Assembly: GCF_000143415.4 (NCBI RefSeq)
Contig: NW_003314307.1
Coordinates: forward strand, 568,859 to 632,858
DNA from: Selaginella moellendorffii
Lineage: Eukaryota > Plantae > Lycopodiophyta
Reading direction: 5' to 3'
Length of the DNA: 64,000 nucleotides
The notes under the pieces are model-generated. The model had not been told where the DNA came from and did no database searches. It saw nothing but the letters and a program-made list of their open reading frames with translations. A program made the position numbers and the translations under genes. Positions within the stretch are counted from its first letter, which is position 1, and each line of letters opens with the position of its first letter. Positions 38,908 through 52,088 of the stretch are shown here, one piece after another.

Positions 38908-39731
38908 GAAGATTTGCCTCCCATGGATGCTCTGGAGTTTAACAATAACCTACTGATATGCGGAAGTTACTCGTCACAAAATGGCTCGGGTATTGTTCAG
39001 ATCTGGGACGTGGATGCTCTCCTTGAGTGCTGCAGATTTCCAGCAAATGACATGGTAGTCAACATTGTTTTCCACTCTTGAGAGTTTCTGATTCGTGTTT
39101 TCTTTTTTTTTTTGGACAGTTTATAACTGATGCAGCAGGAACAGTTGTTGTGACAGGTAGTTAACTCAGATATATCTCTAGCCTTTGCTGATGCATTCCT
39201 TTCAACAGGCCCAGGCGATGGAACAGTCGGCTTATTTGATATCCGGAGCTATGGTGCCTCTTGGCCCCCGTTGAGAGGTATTTCTTCCTCCATTGCAGCC
39301 AAAACCAAGGTCATGTGGCTTGTTTCCCAGGTTGCTTCCGTTTCTTACAGTTCCTGTGGAAGATATCTCCCACGGCAAACAAAGCAGTCGTTTGGGACAC
39401 ATGGTTAATGCCAATGGAGACCCGTGACCGCTGCGTTAGCTCCCCGCTTGCAGTAGCCACCCCCACCCCAGGCTCCCGGCCTACGAAGGCGTTACACTGT
39501 TTGAGTCGTGGAAAGCCAATGCCTGCGGCAGAAAACGCATGCCAGCGCGCTGGGTAAGAGGTTTTGTTCCCACTTGGTGTGTAGCGAGTGAACCCCCAAC
39601 TCTTCTCTTTTCGTGTGTGTAGCTTTGTGGGTGCTGGAGACCAAGGAGGAAATTATGCTCTCTGGTTTAGCAGCGAGTGGAGAAATGGCAGCGTGGCTCT
39701 TTGGGATGTTACACTTGGAGAACCATGCCCC
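38908..39731 (+). pseudogene. WD40-repeat gene fragment (right-arm copy)
   Basis: Same WD motifs and the same frameshift as the left arm. Confidence 0.65.
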
Positions 39732-40297
39732 GTGAGTCTTCTTTCTGTCTTCTTTTGCTTACGTATCACCTTCCGCTCCGCAGGTTTCAGTATCTTCTGA
39801 TGGATGCTGGTACTTTCTATTCAAGTTTTGTTTCTTTGTTGTATGAAAATTCATAATCATCGCCATCGAAACTGGCGGTTAACACACCCGATTCCAGGAG
39901 AAGCAGCAAGCGGTAGAACGAGATTTGTAGCCTTCTTGTGCTCAAGTGTGTTTGGTGTAGCTTCTTCGTGTTGAGAAGTGGCGGTCATTGCGAACCAGGT
40001 ACTGAAAAGATCTATTTTTCTGTTCTTGTTACGAGTTTATTGTAGAATGCTTGGAGCTCAGAGATCCGAGCGCGGTTGGATATGGGAGAGCTGAGCCGCG
40101 GGGATCGTAAGAGAAATGGTGAGAGAGGGTTATAGAAATCCTGACAAGCTCTTGTGTTTTATACTGTGAGATCTCGGTCGAAGTGAAGCGCCTGTGCTAG
40201 AGCCATTTACGTAAGTTCTCCTTGCTTTGAGACTGTGCGTTTATGCGAGGAAGACGAAGATGGTAAATAAAGGAAAAACTCTACAGAAGCCAGGGCT

Positions 40298-42497
40298 ATG
40301 GAAGAACTGATTCCAGTGGTGGGGTGGATGCCATGCGTTGGCGATCGCGTGGCCGAATGGTTCCGCAGCGGCATAGGCTCCAGACTGCTGATGGTTGTGA
40401 GGGCAACGTTCTCTCACTTTGGGCTGGAGCTGGATCATCCCCCGGGTGCGTGGTTCTTTGAAGTCCTGCCCAACTCCACCGTCACTTCCACTGTCTCGGA
40501 GCTCAAGTGGAAGATCTGGACCGTGGCCGTCGCACGCGTCCTTGGCGCTACCGTGCCGGATGCCTTCTTGCACCTGCCGACTACTTCACGCGCCATAGCC
40601 CACATCAAGAGCAATCTAGAAATCCTCATCCCCGCCCCGAGTGCTGCAAAGGCCGCTGCACGTACGCCCTGACCGACCTCCACCTTGTGAGTGCTTGTTT
40701 GGATTGTGTAGCAAAGTTTATGGTTTTCCCTTTTTTGCAGCTCGAGGAGGCCACTGATCGGACGCCATCGTCGTTCCCATTGGTCATCACAGATGAACAT
40801 GTGTCAGGTAGCTAGCTATACGTACTTCTTCTTTGGATTCCTCTCAAGCTGAGAGCTTGGTTCCTTTTCCACAGCCATCGTGTCGATATTGTTTCCTTGC
40901 ACTCTCTCGCCCACTTGCGTTGCTGATGCCGCTCTCCTGTTCGATGCGAGCGGCGAGGTTTGCGACGTCGTCTTCACCTGGCTGTTGCTCCAGCTCCAGA
41001 GCAACAAACAGCCGCTGGAATGGCTCGACGCATTCGAAGCACAAGCTATAGCAGGTGACCGTGGCGGTGGCGGAGCTGGACCGCTGGAAAATCTCTTGCT
41101 GCTGTTCCTGAGCAAACAAGCAGCGCTGAAGGATGAAAAGTCCTCCCCGGCATCCTTGGACGAGCTCAAACGGATACGTTCCTGCATCGAGAACGCGCCC
41201 AGGATAGAGTGGAAGTCCATGGACATCACCGTCGCTCTGCGCCAGATGTTGGAGGTATGATGATTGACACCGTTTTGATTCGAGAGAGCATTCAAGCTTC
41301 TGTGTGGCAGGAGGTGATGGCAGCGGGAGAAATCCAATGCGACAACCAGATGCGTGCCCGGCTCGAGCAGTGGATCCAAGGCCACTACAACTTCCACCGC
41401 GTGGAGCCGCTCTTCCAGGAGTACGCAGACGTGAGCGTGCCGATAGCGCGCCTGATCTCTACATGGATGCGGACGAGGAAGGGACGCCGCGACCACGCCG
41501 AGCTCAAATCCCTGTGCTCGGCAGCGACATCATCGGAGTCGATTGTGGAGCACATCCAGGCTACGATGAGCCGGGGAAGCAGCGACGAGTGCCGCCAGCT
41601 TTGCGACGCGGCTGCCACCGTCTTTGGCAATGACTACGGTAGCCTTTTCGTGGAGATTTGCGCCAACGTGCAGTGGGATCCATGCCTGACCGCGTGCTCT
41701 CTAGAAGAATTCGGGGCGATCAAGCAGGCAGCCTGGGACGGACTCTTCCGGACTGCGAGCTCCGAAAACACGCTTCGAAGGCACCGTTTCGACGATGACA
41801 GCCGCAACGAGGCCACATGGAGACCTGGGATTTCCGACATGATCCTCTACATAGCTTACGTAAGCTCTTCCTGATCATGTCAATGATTCCATCCATCGCT
41901 TACGAGTTTGCTGCTGCAGCTGATCCTCGAGGACTGCTTGGGCGGCAGCGTTGACCGTGAGAGGTGGAAACGAGACTGTGAGTCTATGCAGAGTGCCTTT
42001 CTCTTTGCTCAATCGTGATCCTTTTTGCTTGGATCGTCACAGGCGAGTCACTGCTGCATACCAGGTGGGGGGCGCAGCGCGTGTCGCGCGGTGGGAAAGG
42101 GGTTTTTGTTGCGATTAGCAACTCCACCAGAGGAATCTGTGAGGCGTTTGCGGCGTGGATCCAGTCTCCAAGCACGCAGAGGGACTTGGGAGCGAGCTCG
42201 GATGAGACACGTCATGCCATAAGAGAGGCAGTCGTCTCGGCTGGTGGAGTGGAGTATGACGAGGAGAGGCAGCAACTCTGGGCCAGGATGCAAGAGCTGC
42301 TGGGTGTCACTGGCAACATTTGGATTTGCATGCTTGCTCGTGCCTATGTGCAGCATGAACACCACTTCGGTGCTTTCAAAAATGCCGCAAATTATTCCGG
42401 TGAAGATCTGCCCGCAATTGTCCGCAGGCGTTCAGGCGCAGAAAGTATACCGAGGATCGAAGTTTTCCACGGCCTCGGCAGCGCTTCCAGGATTTGA
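40298..42497 (+). pseudogene. Uncharacterised multi-exon coding-like sequence (right-arm copy)
   Basis: Exon-like ORFs 40298-40672, 40880-41260, 41209-41874 and 42015-42497, with splice-like borders. Confidence 0.5.
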
Positions 42498-44496
42498 GCT
42501 TTTGCTTTTGCTAGAGAAGCTTCCTTGCAATTGAGATTTCTTTCAAAGCCAGGCTAACGCATCGGAAGAGATTTGAGCTGGCAAAGTGGAACTTCGCTCA
42601 TATGGACGGGTTTGTAGCTAGGGCAGAGATATCTGCGACTGTGGAAACGAACATGTAACTTTCTAGCTGCTGAGAGTGATTGGATTCATGTCGTGAAGGG
42701 CATTGCGCAGGAAACTCTGCGTGAAAGCCAACAAGCGCAAACGGTCAATGGCAAATTTCTTCCTTTATTTCTTTCCAGAACTTAAAGCGTAGAATATAGC
42801 TTTGCCTCTCTTGAGTCCTCGGTGGAGGACGGACAAACTTCACACCAGGACTTTCACTGGCTGCTGGCTTCAGTCCGCCAACGCTTGTGGCCTTTCCATA
42901 TCTGTCTGAAGTTTCGTATTTCCCTTTTGGAATTGGGTAGCAGGGCCGAGCATGTTTACCTGGGCGTTAAGGTTGGATTTATCGAATCCAGACCAACTGG
43001 ACAGAGCAATGGTTTCGTCGGTTCAAGTCTTAGAAGCTCTTTTCTCTTCCGGGCTTATCAAGAAAGTATTTTTCTTACACTTCGAGACATACCATTTTGC
43101 TGAAATTTTGCAGCTATCCCCTATCGGGATTTTAAATCTTCTTTGCACTTCAATGTTAGACCAGTGCATTCAGATGAGCATTCACTAGTAATGCATCCTA
43201 TAGAGGACTTCTCCCCGTGTTTGATCCTCATCGAGTGTTGAATTTAAAGGACGTGTGAATTTAATTTTTCTTAAGGTACCTTCGTTTTCGAGCTTAACTC
43301 GGTTCCTGGCTCAAGAAATCATATGTAAGGAGAAGATCTATATTGATGGCCTCCCAGCAATCGAAGCAAAGAATAACAGAGGAAAGGCCAAAAACAGAGA
43401 TCAAGTCCGTGATTAATGATTTTTTTCTCTATCACCGTGTCCTAGAATGTTATAAATTTATGCAGTCCGTCTAGCAGTGCCAAGGTTTGATAGTGTTCAA
43501 GCATTTGATCAAGCTGGCACAAACCTGCAAGAGAGTCAATAAAAAACAAGATGAGTTCATATGAGACTCCTGACTTGGACCTTGAAAGCACAAGGTCAGA
43601 GGCAGCAAAGAAAGTTTAACATTGAGCACTCAGTGATGGGTGTCCTTGGACTGAAGGCATTTGATGGGCTCCTGATCCCTTTCCTAATGCTTCTCTCCAT
43701 AGGCATCAAGTTAGTTAGTGGAGCTGTTGTTGCTGGTTTATTTAGGAAATGCTAATTAACATAAATAATATACATAAATGTATTTACAAACTTTACACCA
43801 CCTTCTAAAAGCTGGTGGTGTAACGAGGTGGAATATTTTGAGTTTTTGTTAAGCAATTATAAAATGCCACAAACAACTTGAAACTCCCTACTTCATGGCT
43901 TAAGTGGCATGACAGAAGAAAAGAAAAAAGCAAATCACTCAAAAGAACACAAAACTTCAAAGAGTTACTTGTTGTCATTGGCAAATTTCCAAACCTTCAG
44001 TCTTTCACAAAATTCCAGAACTACATTGTGATTGAGGTAAATTATCAATAAATAAAAGTGAACTATTGTGAGAAGAGGCTCTCTTTGGGTTTGTGAGAAA
44101 GCTAGAATATAAAATAATGAAATGGCACTCCATATAATAAACCATAGGTAAAAATGGCACCACACACACGCACACATTGAATGCTCTCTTGTGTTACACT
44201 TCCTCCTAACCTTTTCAATTTATTTTATGATCCCAAATTCTATTATTTAATCTCAGCCATTAAAATTTAGGAATGAAAATATGTGTCCCTAGCATATGCC
44301 ATTATTATACAGGCTGGGAAAACAAGTACAAACAATGTAAAGTTTTATTTGAGTTTAAGAAGTTAATTGTTACTATAATATTAGAAAAGAAGTCATATGT
44401 ACAAAAAATATTTATATAGATTCTTTATAGAACAAGCTATTTACATAATCCTTGCTGCTAGATAGGTCACAGACCCCAAATTTTAAATAAGCCCGT

Positions 44497-46870
44497 CGCC
44501 TGTTGAAAGGAATGCATTAGCAAAGGCTAGACATATATCTGAGTTAACTACCTGTCACAACAACTGTTCCTGCTGCATCAGTTATAGACTGTCCAAAAAA
44601 AAAAAAACACGAATCAGAAACTCTCAAGATTGGAAAACAATGTTGACTACCATGTCATTTGCTGGAAATCTTCAGCACTCAAGGAGTGTATCCACGTCCC
44701 AGATCTGAACAATACCCGAGCCATTTTGCGACAAGTAACTTCCGCATATCAGTAGGTTATTGTTAAACTCCAGAGCATCCATGGGAGGCAAATCTTCCCT
44801 GGAAAAAAAAAGTACCATTACACTTTCAGCATTTTCTACTCAAATTAAAGTATAGTTAGCTGTTCTGTGAGATTAATTCTGGTACAAGCGTTCCTCTACA
44901 AAAGCAGTTGTCGATTGCCTTGATCACTACTTGTTGCCACAAGGCCTGCAAACAACCAAAACCGGCCCAGAAAAGCAAGATCCAAGTGCGTCACGAACAG
45001 CAAACGTAGTGATGGATGTGATCCTTTCTTGTCTTTATTTCTTTTGGTTTGGTGCATTCATTTCAGGAGTATGCTTCATAGGTGGGTCTCTAGTTGTTTC
45101 ATGTGCTGAAAGCACTGTGAAACACTGTATCTTACTACGTTTTGTCTTGTATATATTGACTCTTTTTTTTTTTTTTCAAATTTAGGTATGAAATTCATCA
45201 ACTGCTGAGTGCCTCTACACTCTGGGGCCTGGTTCTGACGAAAACAACGTGGCTGGTCATAAGAAAGAAAACCTCTGCAATGGCCGCTAATCCGTCTAAA
45301 ACCTGTAGCTTGCATTTCACATTAGCGAGGACCACAGCCTTGATAGAAAACGGCTTACAGCGTTGCAACAGACAATCTGTGAACGCCGAGCTAAGTACCT
45401 ATGGAGGCATGGGTGTCTCGTTCGTCACCGAGTCTGAGGAAGCACTTGCTCTCCGGGACTTACTTTCACCTCTTCGTAAGCTTGAGACTTGACGTTAGTC
45501 CCCCGAGATCCCACAGCTTCACTTGTAGCTGACAAAGCCTGCAAGTTTACACAAAAGCTGTCAATACCAAGCCCATAAACAGTGTCACATACAGCTCGTA
45601 TCTCCTTTTCATGACTTCTTATTGTCCAGAGATGATTGTCTTCGTCGTCAACACCAGGATTCCTGAAAGCACAAGGCTATCAACCATTCAACACAGGAAA
45701 GATGAGCTCCCCACCAGTAGTGTCCGATACGGGTTTGGACTGCTCCATGCGGCTACTCCTGGCATGCTTCGTTCTACAACCACCTAAGAACAGAAACACG
45801 CAAGGAGGAGAGAGCGAGAGAGAGCACACCTTTGGTGTTTCTTCTGAGTAAGAAAGGTCAGCATCTGTTTTACGTTTTCACTTCTCTCTTCTCGCTGTGA
45901 TGCAAACCAAGCCTTGATGAAGCAAAAGAAGAATAAAAATTGGAAACAAAAACTACTCACAGCGAGCTCCTGCCGTTGCTTCTTCTTCTTCTTCTTCTTC
46001 TTCATCACAATATAGTAGAACTTCTGGATGTACTCGGCTGGCAAGACTCAAACTCCACGCGATGATTCTGGTTTAACCACTCGGCGATCTCCCACGGGAG
46101 TGTCCTCGTCGAGTGAAGCCCAGACGGGCTTCCACTTATCGTTCTGCTTGAAACGAGGCTATCGCCCTGTGACTGCAAGCAATGGAGTAAGCAAGCTCCT
46201 TCAAGCCTATGTTGGTAGGAAGACCACACTCACCTCATCGCCCCGGATTGGCATACACGACCACGCGAGGAGCGCTCAAGATCCTCCTCGCTCATGAACC
46301 TGCCGAATGGGCGCTCACAAGGAAAACTGTTGAGTATGTGTTCGATCCCAGGACACACTCCCTTGTTCCTGCTCTTCCACCAGCTGGCGCTCCTCCTCCA
46401 ATGCCGCTTCCAGTGGCGCCACCAGCTGGCGCTCCTGGCACCGCCGTCTCGTGGAAAGCCGTCCCGATCGCTCGCCGCATCGCGCGCGGCCATCGCTGTG
46501 GGATCACCCCTCGCGCTTGCTCACCCGCCGCGTGCAACGCTTGGACAGCTGGAGGAGGCGGAGCTGGTGGCGCCACTGGAAGCGGCATTGGAGGAGGGCG
46601 ACGGGTGGGCGCGATGCGGCGAATCGGGAGGAAGCAGCCAGCTTTCTGCGAGGCGGCGGTGCCACGGCGATGGGTGGGCGGGACGCACCGATGAATCGGG
46701 AGGAAGCAGCCAGCTTTCCGCGAGGTGGCGACAAATCGGGAGGAAGCGGCCAGCTCTCCGCGAGGCGGCGGTGCCACGGTGATGGGCGGGCGGGATGAAG
46801 CGGCCAGCTTTCCGCGAGGCGACGGTGCCCCGGCGATGGGCGGGTGGGATGCTTTGACGACGGCGGCACG
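44497..46870 (-). repeat. Third, more diverged and rearranged partial copy of the duplicated locus
   Basis: Homologous to ~36480-39210 in reverse, with deletions and an internal inversion (~45007-45306). Confidence 0.88.
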
Positions 46871-47668
46871 GGATGGACCACGGGACGATGGGGCAACTGA
46901 AAGCGTCCCCAGCCCGGAGCTGGAGCTTTCGCTGTGTCCTCCAGGGACAGTAGCTCACAGTCCGGAGCTGGACCTGGAGCTTTCACTCAGTCCTCCAGGG
47001 ACAATCCTGGCAAGCCGTGTTCGAGGGCTGGCTGCTTGAGCTGCCTAGAGGCTGGCCATCCTGGTGGAAACAACGCTGGCAAGACCAAGGAGAACATGGG
47101 CACCACACTTCGTTTGTAGAGAGAGTCGAGAGAGTCGAGAGAGAGAGAGAGAGAGAGTGAGAGTCGAGAAATCGTGTTCTTTTCGTTTGAATCACATTTT
47201 GGCGCTTCTAATTGCCAAACAATACGTTAGCATTAACTGTAATAAAAAAACATTTGATCATGTAGTGCTTGATTGATTCCGTCTTGGCAGAGGAGATTTG
47301 TCCACGTCCCCCCACACGCTCCTGGATTCATCGTTTGAGTTTGAGTGGTGGGACGATCCCCAAGTACAAACGAAGCAAAAGCACTAAGATCGCTCATCAA
47401 CCAAGACATCCTCCTAGAGATATAAAACAGGAAGATCTCTTTTTCACTTTCCCACAGATCTCACGCGAGGGAGGAGCACAGCAATCGCAGCAGGAAACGA
47501 TGCCTCGCGGATTCGATCATGGATGTATGCGATGCCGCAGCGCAATCGATTCCAGCTTGATGATTTGGAAAGTAGAAGACGAGAGCGTCTTGTTTAAAGT
47601 CTCATCTCACGAAGAGTTCCCATCTCAATCTCCATCTCCCGACTCGAGCAAGCGCGGCCCTCTCGCGA

Positions 47669-48950
47669 ATGGCCGGCGCGGACGAGTTCCCCGACCTCTT
47701 GCTCCAAGTCGAGAGCCTCCTCCACATCCTCCGCTCCACGGCTCCCAATCCCTCCAAGACCGAAGCTCTAGACGCGTGGAGCGGAGATCTCACGCCGAAG
47801 ATCGTCAGCAAAGTCATCCAGGCTCCCAAGTTCGTCGACGATGCCGTGTTCTTCTTCACGTACGTGCAGCACAGCGGCTACCGCCACTCCAACAACTGCT
47901 TCCTGCGTGTTCTCCTCCGCGATCGCGCCCGAGAGCTCCTGTCCGAGGTGGTCGACTCCTGGCAGCTCCCAAACGCGTCAACTTTCACGGTCATCTTGCA
48001 CGGGCTTTGGCAACGTCGCGATGGCCTGCGAGGTGCTCGTCGATCTCAAGAGCCGAGGCACCGCGGAGTGCAATGCCACTCTCTGCAAGGAGGCCCGGTT
48101 CGACGATGCCAAGCTGCTCTTCCAGAAGATGGTGGAGATGGCAGCCGAGGACGTGACGAGCTACTATCTCCTCGTTCGTCCGCTTTGCAAGGCCAAGATG
48201 ATCGAGGACGCCGAGGTGCTTGTCACCGAGTCAAGGAAGAAGCTCCTGGAACTCCCGCTCCACAATCTGGTGGTGTCCTCGTACTGCAAAGGGAAGACGC
48301 TCGATGCTGTGGTGGCCGTGTACGAGAAGATGGTAGTGGCGAACTCTTGCTCGGCGGAGTTCGTCACCTACACCAGCCTGATCCAGGGACGAAGCGGCTG
48401 GAGCAGGCCTTGATGTTCCTGGCAAGAATGGTCTCCAAAGGCTTCCAACACTGCCCCTCTGCGTCGACAACCGGCTCCACGAAGCTCGAAAGTTTCCAGG
48501 GGAGATGGCCAACCGGAACCTCACTCCCAACGTTGTCATGTACACAGTTCTCATCGACGGGCTCTGCAAAGGTGGCTGGGTCGACGAGGCTGTGCGCTGC
48601 TGTCCAAGATGCGGAAGAAGTGCGTCCCCACGGCCGTGACTTACAACAGCCTGATCAGCGGTCGGCCGAGCGGGCGAGCGAGGCCTACGACCTCCTGGAG
48701 GAGACCGAATATCTTCACAGTCAAAGAAGTCGGATGATGCTCTCTGAGTCTTCGAGCACCTGGTGCTTCCTTGTCACGTACTCGTGCTTGATCGATGGAG
48801 CTTGTAAGGAAAGGTCGGCTGGATGATCAAGAGCGGCAGCTGTATACCAAACACGGTGACTTACAACTCCCTCGTGAGCGGCTGGGAAAGATGGACGAAG
48901 TGATGAACCTGCTGGAGAGGATGACTGGCATTTTCCGGCGAAAATTGCTT
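47669..48950 (+). pseudogene. P-type pentatricopeptide repeat (PPR) pseudogene
   Basis: PPR motifs split over all three frames: PNASTFTVILHGL, VTYTSLIQG, TPNVVMYTVLIDGLCKGG, VTYNSLISG, VTYSCLIDGACK, PNTVTYNSLVSG. Confidence 0.88.
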
Positions 48951-50224
48951 TTTCAATTGTCCCTCCTCCTCCGTTTGGTGATAAGTCTCTTGGATTTGCT
49001 TTCAGCTGCGAGCTTATTGGGGATTTTTCTTTCCCGCGTGCTGCGACAAATGTATTGGAAAAAAAAGTGAGTTCTCAGCTTGAAACTTCCAAAAGAAATC
49101 ATTTTTGGATGGATTGTGCTCACAGTTAAAAGGATCCAGATCTTGCATATTGAGGGAATATTCGTGATTCCCTCTTAGGTCAAGTTGATCCAAGCTTTAT
49201 TTGAGTTTAAGAAGTCAATTGTTACTATAATATTAGAAAAGAAGTTATATGTATTTTCACAAAAAATATTTGTATAGATTCTTTGAAAGCTTTATGGAGC
49301 AAGCTATTTACATGACCCTGTGAAACGCATTGCTGCTAGATAGGTCACGGGCCCCAAATTTCGCACTACTACTCGAGGGTCTCCGAGTGATGCACAATGA
49401 CAAAGTTACTGAATACTCGTTAGTGGTCAATCTGGGCGACCAGATCCAGGTCAGCGTTCACTTTTTCTCGTTTACTAGTGTTGACTGACTGGTCAAAGTT
49501 AATGCCTTCTTTTTGTTTTCTTGCAGATTTTGGGCAATGACAAAGGGCACAGGCTGTGGTTAATAGTAGTGAAGATTAAATGTCCATTCCAGTAGCAATG
49601 GGACCAAACTGGGAGAGTTTAGTGTGCCCAGCAAGCAAATTGGGAGGGCTCTACTGTGTTTAAACCTATGGTTTATAAGAATTATATGACAGCTTTGCAA
49701 GCTGGAGGACTTAATCATCAGTGGCTCTTGAACACTCTAAGGATTTAACTTGATTTTAATGAAGTGTCCTTTTGAATTCAAAGGCTAATAGAAGTTAATC
49801 ACGGAAATTTTAAGCTTTTTTCACAAACAAGTGGAAAATGAGTATGAGCCACAGCAGGATGAAGGAGAAGGGCAAGTGATTCCTCGGCTTCCAGCAATTA
49901 TCTAAGAACTGCAAGTGATTCCTCCACTTCCAGCAATTAGCTAAGGACTTTTTATTTGCCATTCACATAAATTGGAAATAGCATTGGGGTGTTTTCTCTC
50001 CTTATTCTATGCATTGGAAGCTTAATGTGGATGGGAGAGATGCTGCTTATATGATTCTTAAACTCTATATACATATTAATCTGGAATGAATTTTATGTTA
50101 GGAACTTAGAATATTTAGAAAATAACTTATTATATGATAGAACAATTTGTTACATAAAAAACCAACTTTTCATTTTTAAGAAATTAAAGTTTTTTCATAA
50201 TAATTTTCTGCTCAATTTAACTGA

Positions 50225-50930
50225 ATAACACTACTATTAAATAAACCATGCATTACTGCATGCAACACATAGCAAATTATTTAATTTTTTATTTATATTT
50301 CTCTTTATTAATCCAGTTGATCAAATGGAAGTTTATAATATAATAAATTGCTACGCGTTGCATGTAGCAACGCTTGGTTTGCTTAATACTAGTGTTATTA
50401 TTACTTATTAATCCAATTGATCTAATAAAGTTTATAATTATAAGCATGTTTGTAATTTATATATACAAGATTAATTTTATTGCATATTAACCATTAGATG
50501 GTAGAATAAAAAAGAATATACTAGAAAAGGTTTAAGAAAGTTTATAAATTATAAACATGTTTATAAATTATAAATACAAAATTAATCTAAATGAATAACA
50601 ACCGTTAGATGGTAGAATATCCTAGAATATCCAAGCATATTCTAAATATATTCACTACCATCCCAGTCCCCCTATAGGTTTGCTTAAGCAAACCAAAAAT
50701 ATTTATAAGTTATAAACACATGATTAGATTTATTTAATAGATTCTAGAATATACTTGGAAGTATTTAGGAAAGTTTATAAACTATAAAAAATGCTTATAA
50801 ATTATAAATACAAGATTAATATAAATGAATAAGATAGAAAATTTTATAATAGCAAAGCATTTTATAGGTATATTAACTACCAACCCAAAAGTTTTATTAA
50901 GCAAACCAAAATGAAATAAAAATTAGGAAC
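50225..50930. mobile_element. Non-autonomous Helitron-like AT-rich remnant with a 3' terminus at 50392
   Basis: Hairpin GCGTTGC-atgta-GCAACGC (50355-50373), 15 nt, then CTAG|T. A degenerate inverted copy lies at ~50225-50276. Internal motifs are repeated (aaccgttagatggtagaata; aagtttataaattataaac). Confidence 0.55.
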
Positions 50931-52088
50931 TTTCAGGGAAAAATGAATTAAAAAATGTTTATTTAAAGTTAATCAATAAAACTCAATCTACTACCCAACT
51001 GAGTTTACTTGTGTTTTTTAATTATGAAACTAACAATTGTGATAACTATAGTCCCACTATGATTAGTGTTGCAATTAGCTATAAAATATATGGATTCACA
51101 AGGATATAGCTAAATTCCATAGGCATTCCTATGCTCATATAACACATATAGTGGATGGTTATCTTTGAGATCAAAGATAGAGATACAAATCATATGTTGA
51201 TAGAGTTCCATGAGAAAGATTGCTACTGGCACTCATGCTTAGTAATCAATAAGCTCCTCCTTCTTCACTAGAAATCTTCTCTAATTTATTGGGTGTGGCT
51301 TTACTTCTCATCCTTATCTCCTCTTTCCCTTTCTCTACCTCTTGCTTTTAAGATTCCTTCTCACCATCACTCTGAAAAATATATAAACTCTACTTATGCC
51401 TTATAAAAGACAGAAAAAAGTGCTATACATTTAGAATATTCAGCTTAGTTTAAATTTTCTTGCACATATCATCTTTGAACACTTAACCTTCCTTTTTAGA
51501 GCTACCACTGTTTTGTTCTTCCACTTTCTTCTTCTTGATCTCTAGATTGATACTCAAAATGGATATCAAACAAGTACTCACCACAATGATAGATCCAATT
51601 ATTGCCATCTTGATTCACAGCCATATGGCCCTTTGTATGTGCTCATGATGGCCAAATGGCTTCAGTGAATGATCTTTTTTGGAGTTTTGCTACCTCTTGG
51701 CTATTTCTAAATTGGTCCTTGTGCTAGATCAAGTTACACTTCATAGCTTAATTGGAAAAACTAAGAAAGAATGAAAATTTGCTAAGTCAAGGATATATGA
51801 CAACATTCTATATTTCTTATATAACAATATAGTCATGGAAAATAGAATGAGAATAGAGTAACAACTCAAATTATATAACAATATGGCTTTAGAACTCAAT
51901 TCCAACAATAAGACAACTCCTTACCAAGTCAAGTTTCCTATAAAAGAATTACTTTGTACTTTACACTTTGTTTGCCCATTTGATTATGGATGCTCACCAC
52001 TACTTATCCTTAACTTAGTTTGAAGTTTACAAAAGCTCAACTTAGCTTCTATAAACATTTAAGCAAATTAAAAGTTTTGGTTGTTATT

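Larger units (their letters stand above)
37501..43900 (+). repeat. Right arm of inverted duplication
   Basis: Reverse complement of 27683-34028, with an extra ~150 bp at ~43560-43710. Confidence 0.95.
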
